A stretch of DNA of 64,000 nt from Eledone cirrhosa (lineage: Eukaryota). Below are positions 12,456-23,689 of this stretch, one piece after another (position 1 is the first letter of the stretch; every line of letters starts with the position of its first letter). Made by a program: the position numbers and the translations under genes. The stretch lies in the NCBI GenBank assembly GCA_964016885.1, contig OZ024744.1:80476001-80540000 (forward strand), read 5' to 3'. The notes under the pieces were generated by a model. It saw nothing but the letters and a program-made list of their open reading frames with translations. It searched no databases and was not told where the DNA came from.

Positions 12456-12566
12456 TACATTGGAGTGACTACTGAGAGGAAAATATACTGAATAAAATCG
12501 TAATTAACTGATCCTCCTGTATTTTCTTTTACCCAAATCCAGGAACCTTTCAGCAACTCTTCGTAT
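12455..12566 (+). mobile_element. mariner-like 3' remnant with TIR and TA
   Basis: Ends CCAGGAACCTTTCAGCAACTCTTCG-TA. This is the reverse complement of the TIR at 22911, and the body is shared with 23030-23097. Confidence 0.6.
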
Positions 12567-12871
12567 ATAAGGAAAAAAGATGAAATCGAAAATGCAACTG
12601 GAGTCTTATTTAAAAAAATATATATATATTTATTTGGTTCCTTTACCGGTTTCGCAGTTCTTCTGCTTTTCAAAAGTAGAGTTGAGATGGAGGGTCTGTG
12701 GTTTTTCTCACATCTCATATATATATATATATATGTGAGAAAAACCACAGACCCTCCATCTCAACTCTACTTTTGAAAATCAGAAGAACTGCGAAACCGG
12801 TAAAGGAACCAAATAAATATATATATTTTTTTAAATAAGACTCCAGTTGCATTTTCGATTTCATCTTTTTT

Positions 12872-12880
<9 letters not shown>
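12564..12880. repeat. fold-back element (~150-bp arms) with a (TA)n centre and hammerheads on both arms (family E)
   Basis: Near-perfect inverted repeat. Minus-strand motif at 12641-12676: CTT-TTGAAAA-GCAGaagaaCTGC-GAAA-CCGG-TA-AAG. Mirror copy at 12770-12805 (+). Confidence 0.85.
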
Positions 12881-12956
<76 letters not shown>

Positions 12957-13652
12957 CTATAGAGCTCAGTGTGTGGACATGCTTCTTTGTTATAGAAATC
13001 TACGATATAGAATTTCTTCAATTGAAATTTACAATTCAGTATTCGAAATAGCTTCGATTGCGTCTTGGCACATCTAATTTTTTCAATTTCACCCACAATT
13101 ACCTAAAAAATAGATAAAACTCAATATTTTACGATTTTTCTCTCTCATTTAAACTGCTAAACTCTTTCTACTACCATTCAAAATCTATACAACTTCATAC
13201 TTTCTGCTACTTTCTCTTTCCAAGCTTGATGGTGATACTGTCGGTTTTACTCTCTCATATCATCTGCTTCCCTCTATCTGCAACCCACACATTTTGCTAC
13301 TTTCTCTTTTATACTTCAAACTTACTGATTTATTTACAAACGCATACAAACACACACTCACTTCAAATGATAAAAAAACATTTAAAGCAATTAAACAACG
13401 TGCGTGATTTATAACCACACTAACTTTTAGTTGCTCAATTATTACATTTCGTACGAAACGACAATTATTCAAAAGCAACAGATACATTTATTCAACAACA
13501 AGCGATAAATCTTTTTTAAAACCTCTCAACGAACGTGGATTCTTACAGACTTTGAGTCGAATCGGTTTGAAATTGTGCAAATGTATAAACATGGAACATG
13601 TGCACACACACAACAACAACAATCTGCCTTTTATAGATAATGATAAACAATA

Positions 13653-13930
13653 ATATCCTCTATGAGGTCACTAAACCTGCTAGAAACAGCAGCTAACTCT
13701 CCCCCATACCACACCCCTCCCTACTATCTTAAATTTAGAAAACATATCTTCTATGAGGTCACTAAACCTGCTAGAAACAGCAGCTAACTCTCCCCCATAT
13801 TACACCACTCCCTACTGTCTTAAATTTAGAAAACACATATCCTCTATGAGGTCACTAAACCTGCTAGAAACAACAGCTAACTCTCCCTCATATCACAACC
13901 CTCCCTACTGTCTTCAATTTAGAAAACACA
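13653..13930. repeat. three tandem ~92-bp units
   Basis: CTATGAGGTCACTAAACCTGCTAGAAACA.CAGCTAACTCTCCC...AATTTAGAAAAC occurs three times. Confidence 0.9.
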
Positions 13931-14215
13931 CAGACAACCATGCAGAACAACTCCATCGCAGCTCTGTTGTTCGGCTGGCATCGTCTACGAGCGTGTTGCG
14001 CAAGTACTGTGAAACAATAAATTTCAACACTTTTTTGCACAGAGATAATATCCATAGGCGAAACTACAATTGTCACTGCTGGCGCAGCTCCTGCTTCCAG
14101 GTCTGCAATTCATTCACCCAGTGCCTGGCAGACAAAAAAGTGCTGCCATAAAATGGGTGGTGCAACCTAACTTTGGTAACTTAATGACCCCAAGCAACGC
14201 CGGGCTTTAATGCTA

Positions 14216-14251
<36 letters not shown>

Positions 14252-14362
14252 AATTAGTATATCTAGTAACATATATATACACAGATGCATACTTATGCTA
14301 GCAAATATATAGGTTTTGTCTTAGTAACTTTGTTGTTCAATGCATGGGGATGCAGAACAATA

Positions 14363-14961
14363 ATATGAGAGAGGTAAAATAAGAAAATTATAAAATTAAC
14401 TTACTTACTAAAATTTCACTCCAACTAATTAGTTTCTGAAAGGGAATAAACATACTTTCCGAAGAAACGTACGGAGAAGCCTTTCGTCATCAGGGAAGTC
14501 TATTCTCAGCTAAGTTTCCAGGCAATACGTGGACACAGGGAACTTATACAAAAATAATTCAGTGGATGGAAAAAAGCAAAGCGTGGACTAAATTCCAAGC
14601 CATTGAGAAAATCACTGCCTACTGCGTCGGTGCTGTCTTCTTAACAAACCACTCTTCACTGATTGACCTCGATGTCACGTGACTGATTCTTTTGAATTTG
14701 CCACCGACGCAGTAGGCAGTGATTTTCTCAATGGCTTGGAATTTAGTCCACGCTTTGCTTTTTTCCATCCACTGAATTATTTTTGTATAAGTTCCCTGTG
14801 TCCACGTATTGCCTGGAAACTTAGCTGAGAATAGACTTCCCTGATGACGAAAGGCTTCTCCGTACGTTTCTTCGGAAAGTATGTTTATTCCCTTCCAGAA
14901 ACTAATTAGTTGGAGTGAAATTTTAGTAAGTAAGTTAATTTTATAATTTTCTTATTTTACG

Positions 14962-14971
<10 letters not shown>
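14363..14971. repeat. fold-back element (~270-bp arms, ~69-nt spacer) with hammerheads on both arms (family F)
   Basis: Arms 14363-14632 and 14702-14971 are nearly identical. Motif 14837-14915 (+): TTCC-CTGATGA...GAAA-CTAATTAG-TT-GGAG. Mirror at 14419-14497 (-). Confidence 0.88.
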
Positions 14972-15029
<58 letters not shown>

Positions 15030-15031
<2 letters not shown>

Positions 15032-15675
15032 ACATATATATATATATGTTGTGAGCAGGAGAGGAGATTGTGTTGGTAGGACATGTGATGCGTATGAAGG
15101 ATGACAGCTGTATAAAAATGTACAGAGCCTCAAAGTTGATGGTAGCCATGGAGTAGGCAGGGTATGAGGTAATAAAGCTGACTTTTCACAATTACACGTC
15201 ACTAAGGTGATGACACAGGACCGTGACCTCTGGAGCCATGAAGTATTATTATTCTTAGGCTGAGAAATATCATTCGGCAACATTTAGGCAACATCATTCC
15301 TACCATCTCCCTCCCCTATACCTACGTCCTCAATTTCCCAAAGCATCTTCCCAACCCCTCTCAAGTTTCCAACCTCCTCTATAAAGTGATCCCTGCAGGA
15401 GCCATGATCAAAAAACAGGTCATGTAGGTGTCATGACAAAAGCGAGTGCCCATCCCACATTGTAAAATGGTTGTGTAGGTACCACAACAAAAAGCACCCA
15501 GTCCACACTGTAAATGGTGTTGGTGTTAGGAAGGGTATCTAGCTGTTGAAACCAAGCCAAAATCAGTTCTGTGTGAGCAAATTCATGGTCCCCCGACCTG
15601 ATCCGTCACAAAGGGACAGCCTGTCATACCCATGCTAGCATGGAAGATAGATGTTAAATGATGATGATGATGATA
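15030..15675 (+). mobile_element. decayed RTE LINE 3' end with (GAT)n tail
   Basis: GGACATGTGATGCGTATGAAGGATGACAGCTG matches the RTE C-terminus, and the tail CCCATGCTAGCATGGAAGATAGATGTTAAATGATGATG is shared with other copies. Confidence 0.7.
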
Positions 15676-15789
15676 GTAAAATTTCGAGAATCTCGGAATT
15701 TTACTATTCCTAAGTTAAGTTTTTTACTTTAAAAAAATTTTTTTTTTACAATAATTATTTATTTACAATAGTTTATAACTTTGCCTATT

Positions 15790-16565
15790 AATCCGTATGG
15801 TGAGCAAATGGGGTCCCACGTGCTGGCCTCCCCACAGCCCTGGTGGACAGGATGAAGAAGGCGTTTCCCCGGAGGATGGTAAGCGAGATGCGCTGGAAGA
15901 GCCATTCCAGCTCGCGAGGCTCACACCTGCGGCAGGCCAGCTCAGCAACTATGGGAGGTAGCCCTAGGGCCAAGGACACCAGAAGTCTCCACTGCCAAGG
16001 GCATGACCGCAAACCTGTCAGAGAGCGACCGGTACTTGCAGAGTTTGACCTCCTCAGTCTGACGTGCAGCAGTACCTCAGTTAGTTGCAGACTGCACCAG
16101 GTTGTTGCTGGAGAAAGTGTCGCTGCAAGTGGCATCCCAGACGAGGGGTTTGCCACCGCGGAACGGGAAGATGGTCATACCGACTGGCCTTTTGCCATAC
16201 CCTCAGTCCAGCCTCACCGGCTCGAGTTGGGAGTGGAAGCCTGCAGCGTCCAAGCCATGATTAATGACCTCATTGAGGGCAGCATGGCGTGGAAGGCGGC
16301 TGGCAGTGTGGCAACAGGAAAGTGGGTGGAGGCCGAAAGATTCCACAGTGGATCCACAGCAACATTTATGTGGCTCGCAGATCTGGAGTTCAAGCCTCAA
16401 GGAAACGCTGATGTGCAGGCTCACATTATCCAGCTGCGTGCCAGTGGAGAAGGGGGGCACGGCATGGAGCCAGGCACCACTGTGGGATTTGGAGGCCGCG
16501 CGAAAACAGGCAAGGTGGTGCTGGTCGAGCTGGCGTGTGAGCCTGTCTGAGGCCAGGCTGCACTA
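15790..16565 (-). pseudogene. C-terminus of a CRE-clade-like (restriction-like endonuclease) non-LTR retrotransposon
   Basis: C.CG....FGLHPLSC...RLPRHAALN, EP......GKRP.G.T..PF..GKPLVWDATCSDTF, K..KY, P.AVETSGVLG, WLFQRISLTILRGNA. Contains stops and frameshifts. Confidence 0.8.
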
Positions 16566-16799
16566 GATGGCATTCCATATGCTTTGGGGGTCTGATTTGA
16601 AAATAATCAAAATTTTATCATCTATGCAAGTTCTTTGACTTGCTATCCAATTTTTCTTTGCAATGCATCTATCTATATATATATGTATATGAATGGTAAA
16701 AATCGATCTTATAACAACTCTTTTCTCAGATCTTCTTATTCCATTGCGGCATATATCTGAGAGATATATGCCGGCCTCCCACACATATCTGACGTTGTA

Positions 16800-17042
16800 C
16801 ATAAAAGGAGAGTAAGATTTGCTGGCCAATGCCATCGAACCTCCTATGAGGCTATGTCTCCATTAGTGCTTTGTAAACCACAAGCAGTCACTAATAAGGG
16901 GGCACAAGCTCTCCTATCTCGATGTCATCTCCAGAGATTCTGGTATTGAAATCCAGGACTTGGCAATGACAATGAACGATAGACCCACGTGGAGATCAAT
17001 TGTTGAGTCAATTTCGGCTGAGACTGACAGATGATGATGATA
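16800..17042 (+). mobile_element. decayed RTE-type 3' fragment
   Basis: ...SRDSGIEIQDLAMTMNDRPTWRSIV followed by a GATGATGA tail. Confidence 0.5.
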
Positions 17043-17239
17043 CACAAAATGAGGATAAATTTGTCTAGACAATTTCTTACCCTTGAATTATTGTGTTACT
17101 GCTTCTAATGAAAATTCTTAAATTTTATATTAGTAAAGCTGACTTTAGGTTCTAACAGTGACTATTTTTAGCACTTTTGTCACACAATATGATTAATTAT
17201 TTTACATATTAATCAATATTTTAATACATACATATATAA

Positions 17240-17521
17240 CCCAATATACACCCCTCCCCACACACCCTACCCCATCCTCCCAATTTCGTCCACTGTGTCG
17301 ATGACATAACAAAAGGCGCCAGTCCACACTGTAAAATGGTCATGTAGGAGAGATGGTAAAAAGGCTCCCAGTCCACACAGTAAATGTGGTTGGTGTTAGG
17401 AAAGGCATCTAGCTGTAGAAAACCTGCCAGAGACACTTCCGTACAAGCGAGACATGGTCTCCCGACCAATCCCGCATTGAATGGAACAAAACCGTCTAAC
17501 TCGTTAAACGATGATGATGAT
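17240..17521 (+). mobile_element. RTE 3'UTR/tail remnant
   Basis: Shares GTAAATGTGGTTGGTGTTAGGAA.GGCATC.AGCTGTAGAAAACCTGCCAG and CGTTAAACGATGATG with 43500-43713. Confidence 0.7.
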
Positions 17522-17636
17522 ATGTATGTGTGTTTGAGTGTATATGTATATATATATAGGTATTAAAGGAGCAAATTAATTGTGTCTGTAGGCAGTATGC
17601 CGATATGAACACTCGATGCTCGTGGAGAGCAGAGTA

Positions 17637-18540
17637 TCATCATTGTTTAACACCCATCTTTCAAGCTAGTATGGGTTAGACGGTTTTGTTCCATCTTGCT
17701 CGTACAGAACCACCTTTACAGTGTGGACTGGGAGCCTTTTTACCATGTCTCCAACACGACCACTTTACAGTGGATGGAAGTGGGAGGATGGAGTAGGGTG
17801 TGTGGGGGGTGGGGTGTATATTGGGGTAAGAGGTGCCTTCTGACTGCATGTTTAAGTCCGTATGCAAGGGAAGGCAGGTCTTCTGTATAACTGCATAGCG
17901 CCAAAAATCCCGATCCAGTGACATTGTCTTAGAGAGGTGTAAGTGAACAAGGTCAGTTTTTATCACTTGTCCCAGGTATTTCTTGGTCTATCCACTCCGT
18001 AGCTTCCATCAATTTTGATTGCTCTGCACTTTTTTATACAGCTGTTGTCCTTCTTACACATCACGTGGCCATACCAACAGAATCCCCTCTCCAGAACACA
18101 ACATTTGATACCTCTTATGCTTAATCACTCTCTCAATTCGTTTATCTTTGTCGTTCACTTACATTACTATTACATATCCATTACATGGAGGTAGATTGGC
18201 AGTATCGGTAGAGGATCGGACGCCATGCTTTGCCGCATAGTTACGGCCCTTTCCATTCTGAGTTCAAATCCTGCCGAGGTTAACTTTGCCTTTCATCCTT
18301 AAGGGGTCGATAAAATAAAGTACCAGTAATGCACTGGGTAATTGCTGGCCTTGTGCGAAAATTAGAAACAATTACTATTACACATCCATCGGAGCGTACA
18401 AGCTTCATTTCTTTCTAATCTATGTAAGTCTTCTGCACACAATGCCCAGGTCTCTCTACCATGTAATATTGTCGTTTGTATACAAGCATCATACAATCTG
18501 CCTTTCATTTTTAGAGAAAAACCCTTTGTGGCCAACAGCA
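17637..18540 (-). mobile_element. RTE LINE 3' portion (minus strand), interrupted by a SINE
   Basis: Reverse complement of the RTE C-terminus ([18 protein letters not shown]) plus its UTR. Confidence 0.8.
18187..18372 (+). mobile_element. full-length tRNA-derived SINE family 1
   Basis: A-box TGGCAGTATCGGTAGAG and B-box GAGTTCAAATCC. An ATTACTATTACA.ATCCAT duplication lies on both sides. Confidence 0.85.
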
Positions 18541-18544
18541 GTAT

Positions 18545-21040
18545 TAACTATTTGTAACACAAACTTCAAAAAATGAGAAAACCACTTGATCACCTATAGA
18601 TCAGGGGAACACGCCAGCCAGATAGATTATATCCTTACTAGAAGACGTGACAAAGTGTCTGTTGTAAACACTAAATCCCTCCCCCGTGAAGAATGCACCT
18701 CCCAACATAGCCTAGTAGTTAGTGACCTCATAGTCAGAAATAGACGTACTCAACGACAGAGGAGGCCTACCTTGAGGAGAAGAATATGGAAGTTGAAGGA
18801 CCCCATAGCCAGTGACAAATTTAAAGGCTTATTATTCGATGCCTTTGACAATAAGGAAGAGCAATTAGAGACGTATAATATAGAGGAACAGTGGGAATTC
18901 TTGAAAGTGAACCTGCTGAAAGCGACGGATGAAATCTGTGGCTGGAGCAGACCTATTGGCAGGAAGAGAGTAACTTGGTGGTGGAACAGTAAGGTGGAGG
19001 AGACAATCAAGGCCAAAAAGCAGGCTTGGAAAGTATGGCAGGATGGGGGAAGTAGAGAACACTATCAAGTGGCCAGGAGAGAAGCTAGGAGACAAGTGTA
19101 CCTTGCAAAAAGGGAAGCAGAGGATAGAAAGTTCAAGCATGTTCTACAATGTGAGGACCAAAAACGTGAGGTGTTCAGGATTGCTAGACAATGTGTCAAG
19201 GAAAACCGTGATATTGTCGGGGAGAAGTGTGCCCGTAATGATAATGGTGTATTGCCCTCACTGATACTGATAAGAAGGTAGCTTGGAAGTGTCACTATGA
19301 GAGACTATTAAATGAGATTAAATGGGAAAAAGATAGTCTGCCCCAAATCGATCCAATAGAAGGACTAGCGGTGCAAGTTAAAGGTAGTATAATAAGTAAA
19401 GCAATCAAAGATATGAAGACAGGCAAGGCAGCTGGGCCTTCGGAGATAGTTGCTGAGATGTTGAAGGCATCTGGAATGGTGGGACACACTATGGTCACCC
19501 GTATAGTAATACAGAATGGGGTCATACCAAAAGACTGGCGTAGCAGCAGCATCATTAACTACTACAAGGGTAAAGGGGATGCTCTAGATAGGGGAAATTA
19601 TAGAGGCATTAAGTTAGTTGACCAGGTCATGAACATCACAGAAAGAGTTATAGCGGAACTAATCAGAGAGCGAATTGATCTAGATGAAATGCAGTTTGGG
19701 TTTGTGTCTGGCAAAAGTATCACAGGCACTCTTTTCCTTGTACGACAACTACAGGAGAAGTACCTAGCTAAAAGTAAACCCCTCTACTAAGCTTTTGTAG
19801 TCCTGGAGAAAGCCTTTGACAGAGTCCCCCACTCCATTATCTGGTGGGCTCTTAGAAAACTAGGTGTAGATGAATGGCTTATGAGAGCTATACAAGCTAT
19901 GTGTAATGAAACAGTCAGCAAGGTTAGAATTAACAACGAATATAGTGGAGAGTTTAGCGTAAAAGTTGGTGTTCATCAAGTTTCTGTCCTTAGCCCTCTC
20001 CTATTTATTATTGCCCTTCAGGTTATAACAGAGGAGTTTAAGACCAGCTGCCCATGGGAACTCCTATACGCAGATGATCTCATAGCTGAATCTATGGCTG
20101 AACTAGAGAAGAAATTCCAAACATGGAAGCATCGCCTAGAATCAAGTTAACTTGTCTAAGACTAAAGTTCTAGTTTGTAGGAAGGAAAATAGGGCACAGG
20201 TGCCCTCAGGGAAATGGCCTTGCTCAGTGTGTAGGATAGGAGTAGGTAGAAATTCCATTTTATGTCCCAAATGTAAAGTATGGGTACATAAAAGATGTAG
20301 TGGGATCACAGGTAAACTATCTAAGAACGTAGACTTTATATGTGGCCGATGCTGAGGTGCAATAAGTAACAAGTGCCCACAGGATACTAGCTCCTTCTAT
20401 TGCCCAGATGGTTCTATAGAAATAGTGGACACTTTCCGTTACCTGGGTGACGAAATCAGCAGTGGTGGAGGGTGTTCCGAAAGTACAGTAGCCAGAGTCA
20501 AAACAAGATGGAAAAAGTTCAGAGAGCTTATACCACTATTGGCCACAAAAGGTTTCTCTCTAAAAATGAAAGGCAGACTGTATGATGCCTGTATACGAAC
20601 AGCAATGTTACATGGCAGTGAGACATGGGCATTGTGTTCAGAGGATATACGCAGACTGGAGAGGAACGAAGCTTGCATGCTCTGCTGGGTGTGTAATAGT
20701 AATATACGTGAACGGCAAAGCATAAATGAACTAAGTGAGAAATTAGGAATAAGAGGGATCAGATGCTGTTTACTCGAGAGAAGACTACGTTGGTACGGTC
20801 ACGTGATGCGTATGAAAGACGACAGTTGCATAAAAAAGTGCAGAGCGATCAAAATAGATGGAAGCTACGGAGTAGGTAGACCCAGAAAAACCTGGGACGA
20901 TTTGATAAATTCCGACCTTACACACTTACACCTCTAAGACAATGTCTCTGGACCGAGATCTTTGGCGCTACACAGTAATACAGAAGACCCGCCTTGCCTA
21001 AGTACAAAGCAAAACCTACAGTCAGTAGGCACCTCTTAAC
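18545..21040 (+). pseudogene. decayed RTE LINE (APE end, RT, PHD finger, C-terminus)
   Basis: ORFs 18586-20937 are colinear with the intact 40311-43319 frame (SQIDYIL, NYRGIKL, LYADDL, CSVC...CPKC..VHKRC). Confidence 0.92.
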
Positions 21041-21044
21041 CAAA

Positions 21045-21597
21045 TCATCATCATCATCATCTTCGTTTAACGTCCACTTTCCACGCTAGCATGGGTTAGT
21101 CGGGAGTTGTCCCACTCGAGGCAAGGCTGGTCGGGTGACCGTGTCTCGCTCATATAGGACTATCTGGCAGGTTTTCTATGGCTGGATGCCCTTCCTAACA
21201 CCAACCACATTTACAGTGTGGAACCGGCACCCCAATCCACTACCCTACTCTATCCTCCCACTCCCACCAAGACCCCCCCTCTCTCTGTAAAGTTGGTACC
21301 ACAACATCCAGTCCAAATAAATGAGATAATGAGATGGAGATCGTGTAGGTGTCACGACAATAAAAAACACACAGTCCACGCTGTAATGTGGTCGTGTAGG
21401 CAGCACGGTAAAAAGTTCCCAGTTCCACACTGTAAATGTGGTTGGTATTAGGAAGGGCATCCAGCCGTAGAAAACCTGCCAGATACTCCTATATGAGCGA
21501 GACGCGATCACCCGAGCCTCAAGTAGGACAACTACCGTCTAACCCATGCTAGCGTGGAAGATGGACGTTAAACGAAGAGGATGATGATGATGATGAT
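21045..21597. mobile_element. two oppositely oriented RTE tail remnants
   Basis: A minus-strand tail beginning (CAT)n at 21045-21260 and a plus-strand tail ending (GAT)n at 21270-21597. Confidence 0.65.
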
Positions 21598-22645
21598 GAA
21601 CTTTTCCATCTCGTTCTAACTCTGGATAACATATTTTCAGAACATCCTCCTCCACTGCTGATTTTATTACCCAGGTAACAGAAAGTGTCTACTATTTCTA
21701 TAGAACCATCTGGGCAGTTGAAGTATCCAGTGGGCACTTGCTACTTACTGCACCTCAGCATCGGTCACATTATAAAATCTACATTCTTAGTTAGCTTACC
21801 TGTGATCCCATTACATCTTTTGTGCCCATAGTTTGCATTTGGGGCATAGAATGGAATTTCTACCTACTCCTTTCTTACACACTGAGCATGACCATTTCCC
21901 AGAGGGCACCTGTGCCCTATCCTCCTTTCTACATACTAGAACTTTAGTCTTAGACAAGTTAACTTTAAGGCCTTTTGATTCTAGGTGATGCTTCCATGTT
22001 TGGAACTTCTCTAGTTCAGCCATAGATTCAGCTATGAGAGTTAGATCATCTGCATATAGAAGTTCCCATGGGCAGCCGGTCTTAAACCCTTCTGTTAAAG
22101 CCTGTAGGATAATAATAAACAGGAGGGGCTAAGGATAAACACCTACTGTTACGCTAAATCTTCACTATATTCATTGTTAATTATAACGTTGCTGACTGTT
22201 CTTCTATACATGGCTTGTATAGCTCTCACAAGCCACTCATCTACTAGTTTTCTAAGAGCCCACCAGATAATGGAGTGGGGGACTCTGTCAAAGGCTTTCT
22301 CCAAGTCAACAAAAGCTAAGTAGAGAGGTTTACTTTTAGCTAGGTACTTCTCTTGTAGTTGCCGTACAAGGAAAAGAGCATCCATGGTGCTTTTACCTGG
22401 CACAAACCCAAACTGCATTTCATCTAGATCAATTCGGTTTCTGATCAATTGAGTAATAACTCTGTGACTTTTATGACCTGGTCAACTAACTTAATGCCCC
22501 TATAGTTTCCTCTAGCTAGGGTATCTCCTTTGCTGTTGTAACAGTTGATGATGATGCTGCTATGCCAGTCATTTGGTATGACCCCATTCTGTATTACTTG
22601 GTTTACTATCCGGGTGACCATAGTATATCCCACCATTCCACTTTC
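21598..22645 (-). pseudogene. decayed RTE LINE RT-PHD fragment
   Basis: Minus-strand ORFs with [33 protein letters not shown] and [14 protein letters not shown]. Confidence 0.88.
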
Positions 22646-22646
22646 A

Positions 22647-22851
22647 ACATATGTTTCACTGTCGATCAACTTGAGGAACGATCGATTAATGATTGATACT
22701 GACTTTTGAATCGGAAGCTCCTTAAATATGTTAACATGTAGACTCATGTGTACATGTTAACACATATCTGAGGAGCTTCCGATTCAAAAGTCAAGATCGA
22801 TCATTAATCGATCGTTCCCCGACCTGATCGACAGTGAAACATGTAATATGT
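22647..22851. repeat. fold-back element with a canonical hammerhead on the right arm (family G)
   Basis: Arms of ~95 bp around 22741-22750. Motif 22762-22851 (+): ACATAT-CTGAGGA-(61-nt stem II)-GAAA-CATG-TA-ATATGT. Confidence 0.82.
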
Positions 22852-22879
22852 AATTAAATATTTATATGATGCAACACTG

Positions 22880-22908
<29 letters not shown>

Positions 22909-22915
<7 letters not shown>

Positions 22916-23097
22916 GGTGCTGAAAAGTTCCTGGTTTGATCGCTGTTACAGAAGCCTGGTTGGGAGACCCAACAGTCCGAGTTATATTTACAGGGCTTAG
23001 AAAAACTGAAGGACTGTTGCAATATGAGAGGAGTCTATGTTGAATAAAATCATAATTAACTGATCCTCCTATAATTTCTGTATTTTCTTTTACCCAA
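22909..23097 (+). mobile_element. internally deleted mariner-like element
   Basis: TA-TGAGAGGGTGCTGAAAAGTTCCTGG TIR, followed by a mariner-type C-terminal remnant (GLEKLKDCC....VE*). Confidence 0.55.
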
Positions 23098-23229
23098 TGT
23101 CATGTCCTGATGGTTGCTAGTGGAAATGTAAAAGCTACCTGGCCTTATATATTTATTCTGTTGTGTAGAAATATTGGTATAGTTACAGTAATTTATTGTT
23201 TAACTTTTATTCATTTTGGGTTACTTGCA

Positions 23230-23535
23230 TAGCTCGAAGATTAGAGGGTCACTCCAGGTAGAGCCGCTACTTCTCCGAATTGAGATATCATAGCTCCGAT
23301 ACTATGGGCATGTGGTTAGAATGTCTCAGGAAAGAATCACTGGACAGATTTTACAGGCAAAAGCAACCGGCAAGAGACCCAGGAGTAGACCCTGAGCAAG
23401 ATGGTTGGATAACATCCATGAGCTTGGCTGGTCACGCTTGGAAATCCAGCCAGATCAGTTGGAGACGGTTGCTTCTGACAAGATTCGCAGGAAGGAGTGT
23501 TTGAGGACCCTCTCAGGAATAAGTGGAAGAAGAAG
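23230..23535 (+). mobile_element. decayed RTE-type C-terminal fragment
   Basis: LRYYGHVVRM...G.RPRSRP..RWLDNI motif across frames. Confidence 0.55.
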
Positions 23536-23689
23536 GGTTACTTATTAATTGATATGGTATTTTAGATTATATTGTAAACTTCAACAACCTAGCCAGTTGT
23601 ATCTGCATAATAGTAGTTGAGATAAATTACCCCCCCTCCACAAAAAACAAAAACTAAAATCATTCTAAATAACCTTTATGAGTATATAT

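Noticed and set aside
13653-13930. CRISPR-like array
   Set aside because: The units are full tandem duplicates without unique spacers, the context is eukaryotic, and there are no cas genes.
15843-16550. 235-aa plus-strand ORF
   Set aside because: It is the antisense shadow of the GC-rich CRE-like fragment.
18187-18275. tRNA gene
   Set aside because: The A and B boxes belong to SINE heads. There is no complete cloverleaf, and the sequence continues into the SINE body.
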